Origin: a bacterium
GTDB taxonomy: Bacteria; SAR324; NAC60-12
DNA: 64,000 nucleotides
NCBI GenBank assembly: GCA_965209155.1
Contig: OZ242383.1
Span: 3,648,001 to 3,712,000, forward strand
Direction of reading: 5' to 3'
The notes under the pieces were generated by a model. The model was not told where the DNA came from, searched no databases, and was given only the letters and a program-made list of their open reading frames with translations. Made by a program: the position numbers and the translations under genes. Below are positions 60,022 to 64,000 of this stretch, piece after piece (positions within the stretch are counted from its first letter, which is position 1; the number at the start of each line of letters is the position of its first letter).

Positions 60022-60922
60022 GAAATAATCCGGTGGGACGCCAGATCAGGACAATGGCCATCAGGAGGTAAATCGATACGGAAGCCAGAGCGCTACCCAC
60101 GCCGTCTGCAGAAGGGGTGGACATAAATAAACGAAAGAAAGTTGGCAGAAAGGCTCGTCCTAATGTGTCCACGATTCCCACAATAAGGGCTCCTGCCAAA
60201 GCGCCTCGGACCGAACCAACCCCGCCAATGACGACAACCACGAAAACCAGTATAAGGATATTTTCTCCCATTCCGGCTTCCACCGACATGATGGGTCCAG
60301 CCATTGCGCCCGCCAACCCCGCCAACAAGGTACCCAAGCCAAAAACCAGAGTGTAAAGCAATTTGACGTTTACCCCTAAAGCGCCTATCATGTCACGGTT
60401 GCTCGCACCTGCCCGTATCTGCATTCCTAAACGGGTATGGTTGATCAGAATATAGAGAAAGACGGCCACCGCAATGCCTACCGCAATGATCGCTAAACGA
60501 TAGGAGGGATAAGGCACTCCCGGCAGAATTTCTACTGCCTGAGAAAAGAGGGGCGGCACGTCAAAGAATAAAGCGCTGCGCCCCCAAATTACTTGCACTG
60601 CTTCGTTGAAGAGGAGAATCAATCCAAAAGAAACCAGGATTTGATCGAGGTGGTCCCGTTCGTAGAGGGTGCGCAAGGTGAGAATTTCCACAAGAATGCC
60701 CACCAGAGCTGTTACCAGAAGGGCAGCCAGTAATCCCAGCACGAAACTACCTGTGAGATTGCTCAACGTTGCGGCTACAAAAGCTCCAATCATATAGAAA
60801 GAACCATGAGCCAGGTTGATCAGATTCATGATTCCAAAAACCAGCGTTAAACCGGCAGCCATTAAAAAAAGCATCACCCCCAGTTGCACTCCGTTCAGCA
60901 TTTGTTCAAGCAGCAACCACAT
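60008..60922 (-). CDS. ABC permease (LivH type)
   Basis: GLTLVFG..INLAHG, GMQIRAG, VVIGG. Confidence 0.93.
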   Translation of the reverse strand: MWLLLEQMLNGVQLGVMLFLMAAGLTLVFGIMNLINLAHGSFYMIGAFVAATLSNLTGSFVLGLLAALLVTALVGILVEILTLRTLYERDHLDQILVSFGLILLFNEAVQVIWGRSALFFDVPPLFSQAVEILPGVPYPSYRLAIIAVGIAVAVFLYILINHTRLGMQIRAGASNRDMIGALGVNVKLLYTLVFGLGTLLAGLAGAMAGPIMSVEAGMGENILILVFVVVVIGGVGSVRGALAGALIVGIVDTLGRAFLPTFFRLFMSTPSADGVGSALASVSIYLLMAIVLIWRPTGLFHANA

Positions 60923-60927
60923 GTGGA

Positions 60928-62106
60928 TTATAACTCACAATTTGCGGCATAGGCGTCCACATGGTTAGTGAAAACTTTTTCGACCGTTTTGTTTGTCACC
61001 CTGCCATCTTCCTCCTTGAAAACCCGACGCAGGTAGAAATCCTGCACAGGGTGCTGATTCTTACCGAACCTGAAATTTCCGCGTACCGATTCGAATTCCG
61101 AATTGTTCAGGGCTTCCCGCAGCCGGTCTGTGTCCGATACATCACCATTGAGAGCCTCGAGGGCGCTGGCGATGAGCAAAGCCGCATCGTAGCCTTGACT
61201 GGCATAGACAGTAGGGTATTTACCGTATTTTTTACGATAGTCTTTCACAAATTGACGATTGGCGGGGTTGTCAAAGTCGTGATTCCAATGAGTCGTGTTG
61301 TAGAATCCTACAGTGACGTCTCCTAGCGCTTTCAACAAGCGATCGTCAAACGACCACGCAGGACCATAGACCTTTATTTGCTTATGCAGTCCTGCCTGCG
61401 TAAATTGCTTCATGAAATTGATACCCATACCGCCTGGCAGAAAGAAAAAGATTCCTTTGGGATTCGCGGCACGCAAGGTAGAGATTTCTGCAGCATAATC
61501 GGATTGTCCTAATTTGACATAAACTTCTCCGGCAACGGATCCTTTGTAAAAACGATTGAATCCGGCAATCATGTCCTTTCCCGCCTGGTAATTGACCGAA
61601 ATCAGGTAAATGTCTTCTTCTCCCTTAGTCGTCAAATAACTCCCCATCGCTTCGGGTATGTTGTCGTTTTGCCAGGAGACGTTGAAATAATTTTTATCAC
61701 ATCCTTTGCCTGCGAATTTGGAAGAACCCGCATTGGGGCTGATAAATATCTTACCTTTACGAGTCACTTTGGGAACGACCGCATTGAGGACATTGCTGAA
61801 AATGATACCCGTGAGGATATCGACTTTGTCACGGTCGATGAATCGTTGAGCAATTTCGACGCCTTTCCGGGGCCTTCGATTGTCGTCCTCCACCAACAGG
61901 TCGACTGCAATCCCTCCAAGTGTTCCTCCTTCTTGTTCCATCACGAGTATAAATCCATCTCGCACTTCCTCGCCCAAGTAACCGGCTCCCGTGGAAAGCG
62001 TCGTAATCATCCCGATTTTAATGGGGGAAGCCATCGACACCGTGAAAGTGAAAAGGATTCCGCAGGTTGCTACCAGAAATGAAAAATATATTTTTAATTT
62101 TTTCAC
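60928..62106 (-). CDS. ABC substrate-binding protein (LivJ-like, aromatic-acid-binding type)
   Basis: Signal peptide, IKIG, GIIFSNV, SPNAG, SWQND, NYQAGKD, QGYDAA. Confidence 0.92.
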   Translation of the reverse strand: MKKLKIYFSFLVATCGILFTFTVSMASPIKIGMITTLSTGAGYLGEEVRDGFILVMEQEGGTLGGIAVDLLVEDDNRRPRKGVEIAQRFIDRDKVDILTGIIFSNVLNAVVPKVTRKGKIFISPNAGSSKFAGKGCDKNYFNVSWQNDNIPEAMGSYLTTKGEEDIYLISVNYQAGKDMIAGFNRFYKGSVAGEVYVKLGQSDYAAEISTLRAANPKGIFFFLPGGMGINFMKQFTQAGLHKQIKVYGPAWSFDDRLLKALGDVTVGFYNTTHWNHDFDNPANRQFVKDYRKKYGKYPTVYASQGYDAALLIASALEALNGDVSDTDRLREALNNSEFESVRGNFRFGKNQHPVQDFYLRRVFKEEDGRVTNKTVEKVFTNHVDAYAANCEL

Positions 62107-62249
62107 TATTTACTTTTCAAAAAAATGTTCTCGCAGCAAATCTTTGCGAATCTGACTGTCAGGTCGGAATGGAGTCCGCTCCGGCATTCCGGTACTTGCA
62201 TTTCAAATACCGGAATTACGGTGTCAGAAGAATTTCATAATAGATTTTT

Positions 62250-63785
62250 CTATGGTTGAGAAACAAGCTTTTTATCTTGAGGAGAATCGGTTTCCATTGC
62301 CGGTGGCATGATCGTTATCGTCGTTTTGGAAATTGGGGTTACGCAATCGGGAAGCCTGAAAGAAAAGCGCACTCCTGATTTTTGAGGAAGGTTTTCCGCT
62401 CTAATTCGTCCGCCATGGGCTTCTATTATTTTTTTACAAATGGTGAGACCCAATCCCGTCCCTTCCGCTTTGCCCACGCTATGGAAAGGACGGAAAAGAT
62501 TACTGAGAACGGAATCAGGAATGGGATAACCATTGTCTGTCACCGCAATGGTCATTCCCGAGTCTTCATCGGGGATGAATTCTACTAGAATTCTACCTTT
62601 TTCCTCTTCCAGCTTCTCCCAAGCATTCTTTACCAGATTGACAATGACGCGAATGATTTTATTGTCGTCGATATTCAAGATCAAATCCCGATCTCGAGGA
62701 TATTGATACTGGATAGGAATGTCGGCAATCAATCCCAAATTCACTTCGAGTTGATTCACGCAGTCATGGAGTCGGTGTTGTCCGATCCTCAGTTCGGTTT
62801 TGCCCTTGGCAAATTCCAGGATATCATTGGTGAGCCCGCTGACTGTCGTCGAGGCGATTTTGATTCGCCGAATATACGTCAGACATCGATTCAAATCCAT
62901 CGCGTTGACAAATTCTTTATCCAGAGTTTTCAAAAGCAGTCCGACAAAGGAACCAATTGCCCCATTTGCATTGCCAATGTCGTGTCCGAACTCGGCCAGC
63001 GCGTGTCCCAATTCCACTAAGCGTCTCTCCTGTTCTTTGGCTCGTTCCAATGCCTCGATGGTTTTCTCTTTTTCAGCTTCAGATTGTTTGAGAGCCTCTA
63101 CCTTGTCGGCCAATTGTTCCTGAATTGATTGAAAGCGACTCCAGAGATCTTCCAGAATTTCTATCCTTCTTTCCAAAGGGCTTTGTTTCAAACGGGCATC
63201 GGGTAAATGGATGTCGGTGGTCTCCTGTTCCCGACGATATCTGGTAAATTGTTGGCACAATCGGTCAATAGGTTTGACCAATACCTGAATTTTGTTCCAG
63301 ACGACCAATCCCAGGATCAGAAACGTTGCTGCGAAACTGAAAAGAATTTGAAGCAATAGATGGGCAAAGGGATGCTCCATCAAAATCAGAGGACGGGTTG
63401 CTACAAGAACACCCTTGACCTGGTGCTTACCTACCGGAATGGCAAGAGAGAATTGGAAATTTTCAAGCTGATCAAAAAATAAATTGTTGGTTGTCGGTTC
63501 CGCGCTTCCGGTTTTATACTGCTTGATACTCCAATCCCGGTAAAGTAACTGAAATTCTCCAAATTGTCCGCTATCGAGTAATTTCTGAATTTCCCGGGAT
63601 TTTTCCGGATCTTTCTTTTCCAGTAACTCATTGATCGTTTGGGACAATTCATTGAGTTGGTTCAATGTCTCGGCAGGAATGACGCGTTGAGACGAAGGTC
63701 GTTCGAATAGCAAGAATGAGAGACCAAATACCCCCAAAAAGCACAGACCGGTCATCAAAAAGAAAGAGGACTTTTTCAACATCAT
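62250..63785 (-). CDS. Membrane sensor histidine kinase
   Basis: Two TM segments, EFGHDIGN H-box, NLVKNA, DNG, GTGLGL. Confidence 0.92.
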   Translation of the reverse strand: MMLKKSSFFLMTGLCFLGVFGLSFLLFERPSSQRVIPAETLNQLNELSQTINELLEKKDPEKSREIQKLLDSGQFGEFQLLYRDWSIKQYKTGSAEPTTNNLFFDQLENFQFSLAIPVGKHQVKGVLVATRPLILMEHPFAHLLLQILFSFAATFLILGLVVWNKIQVLVKPIDRLCQQFTRYRREQETTDIHLPDARLKQSPLERRIEILEDLWSRFQSIQEQLADKVEALKQSEAEKEKTIEALERAKEQERRLVELGHALAEFGHDIGNANGAIGSFVGLLLKTLDKEFVNAMDLNRCLTYIRRIKIASTTVSGLTNDILEFAKGKTELRIGQHRLHDCVNQLEVNLGLIADIPIQYQYPRDRDLILNIDDNKIIRVIVNLVKNAWEKLEEEKGRILVEFIPDEDSGMTIAVTDNGYPIPDSVLSNLFRPFHSVGKAEGTGLGLTICKKIIEAHGGRIRAENLPQKSGVRFSFRLPDCVTPISKTTITIMPPAMETDSPQDKKLVSQP

Positions 63786-64000
63786 TTTCGACCTCCTTGA
63801 CGAAAATTTCGTTGTCTCATCAAGCTTGTATTTGATCCTTAGAAATAACTCAAGTTTTCGTAATAGAATTAATTTTGTTCAGAACTTCAAATGCTCATTC
63901 AGCGATTCAAACTTGAATTAATTTGAAATTGTGATTTTTTCTGAAAAAATCGTTTCATTAAACCACAAAGTCAAAAAAAATTGAATGAAAAAGGAACAAA

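Overview
Bacterial chromosomal window of moderate GC; the gene set suggests a deltaproteobacterial-grade organism such as SAR324 (inference only). Housekeeping blocks (PIN-PhoH, minCDE; dapA, pyrD, nnr, DMT, chorismate mutase; branched-chain-type ABC operon, sensor kinase) are separated by two mosaic accessory regions (about 8.4-21.0 kb and 26.3-54.9 kb). These regions hold catabolic cargo genes (2 enolase-superfamily, PhyH/TauD dioxygenases, LLM, SDRs, amidase, M20, aminotransferase, ATPase-less peptide ABC modules), toxin-antitoxin modules and many pseudogenes. No intact transposase, integrase, rRNA, tRNA or CRISPR array was seen, but there are many miniature element ends. The most striking structure is a 567-bp element present twice (6728-7294, inside minC-minD, and 16949-17515). 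It has IS200/IS605-type hairpin ends and no target duplication, and in place of tnpA it carries a four-helix-bundle (bAvd/23S-IVP-like) gene enclosed by a perfect 20-bp inverted repeat. Other highlights: a tandem series of IS91 oriIS-like ends delimiting single cargo genes; MITE pairs flanking a cargo gene; a TA module inserted with a 66-bp duplication; toxin genes reduced to C-terminal stubs; a reciprocally truncated PhyH/amidohydrolase pair; and a plant-type DapA. All comparisons were made by eye.
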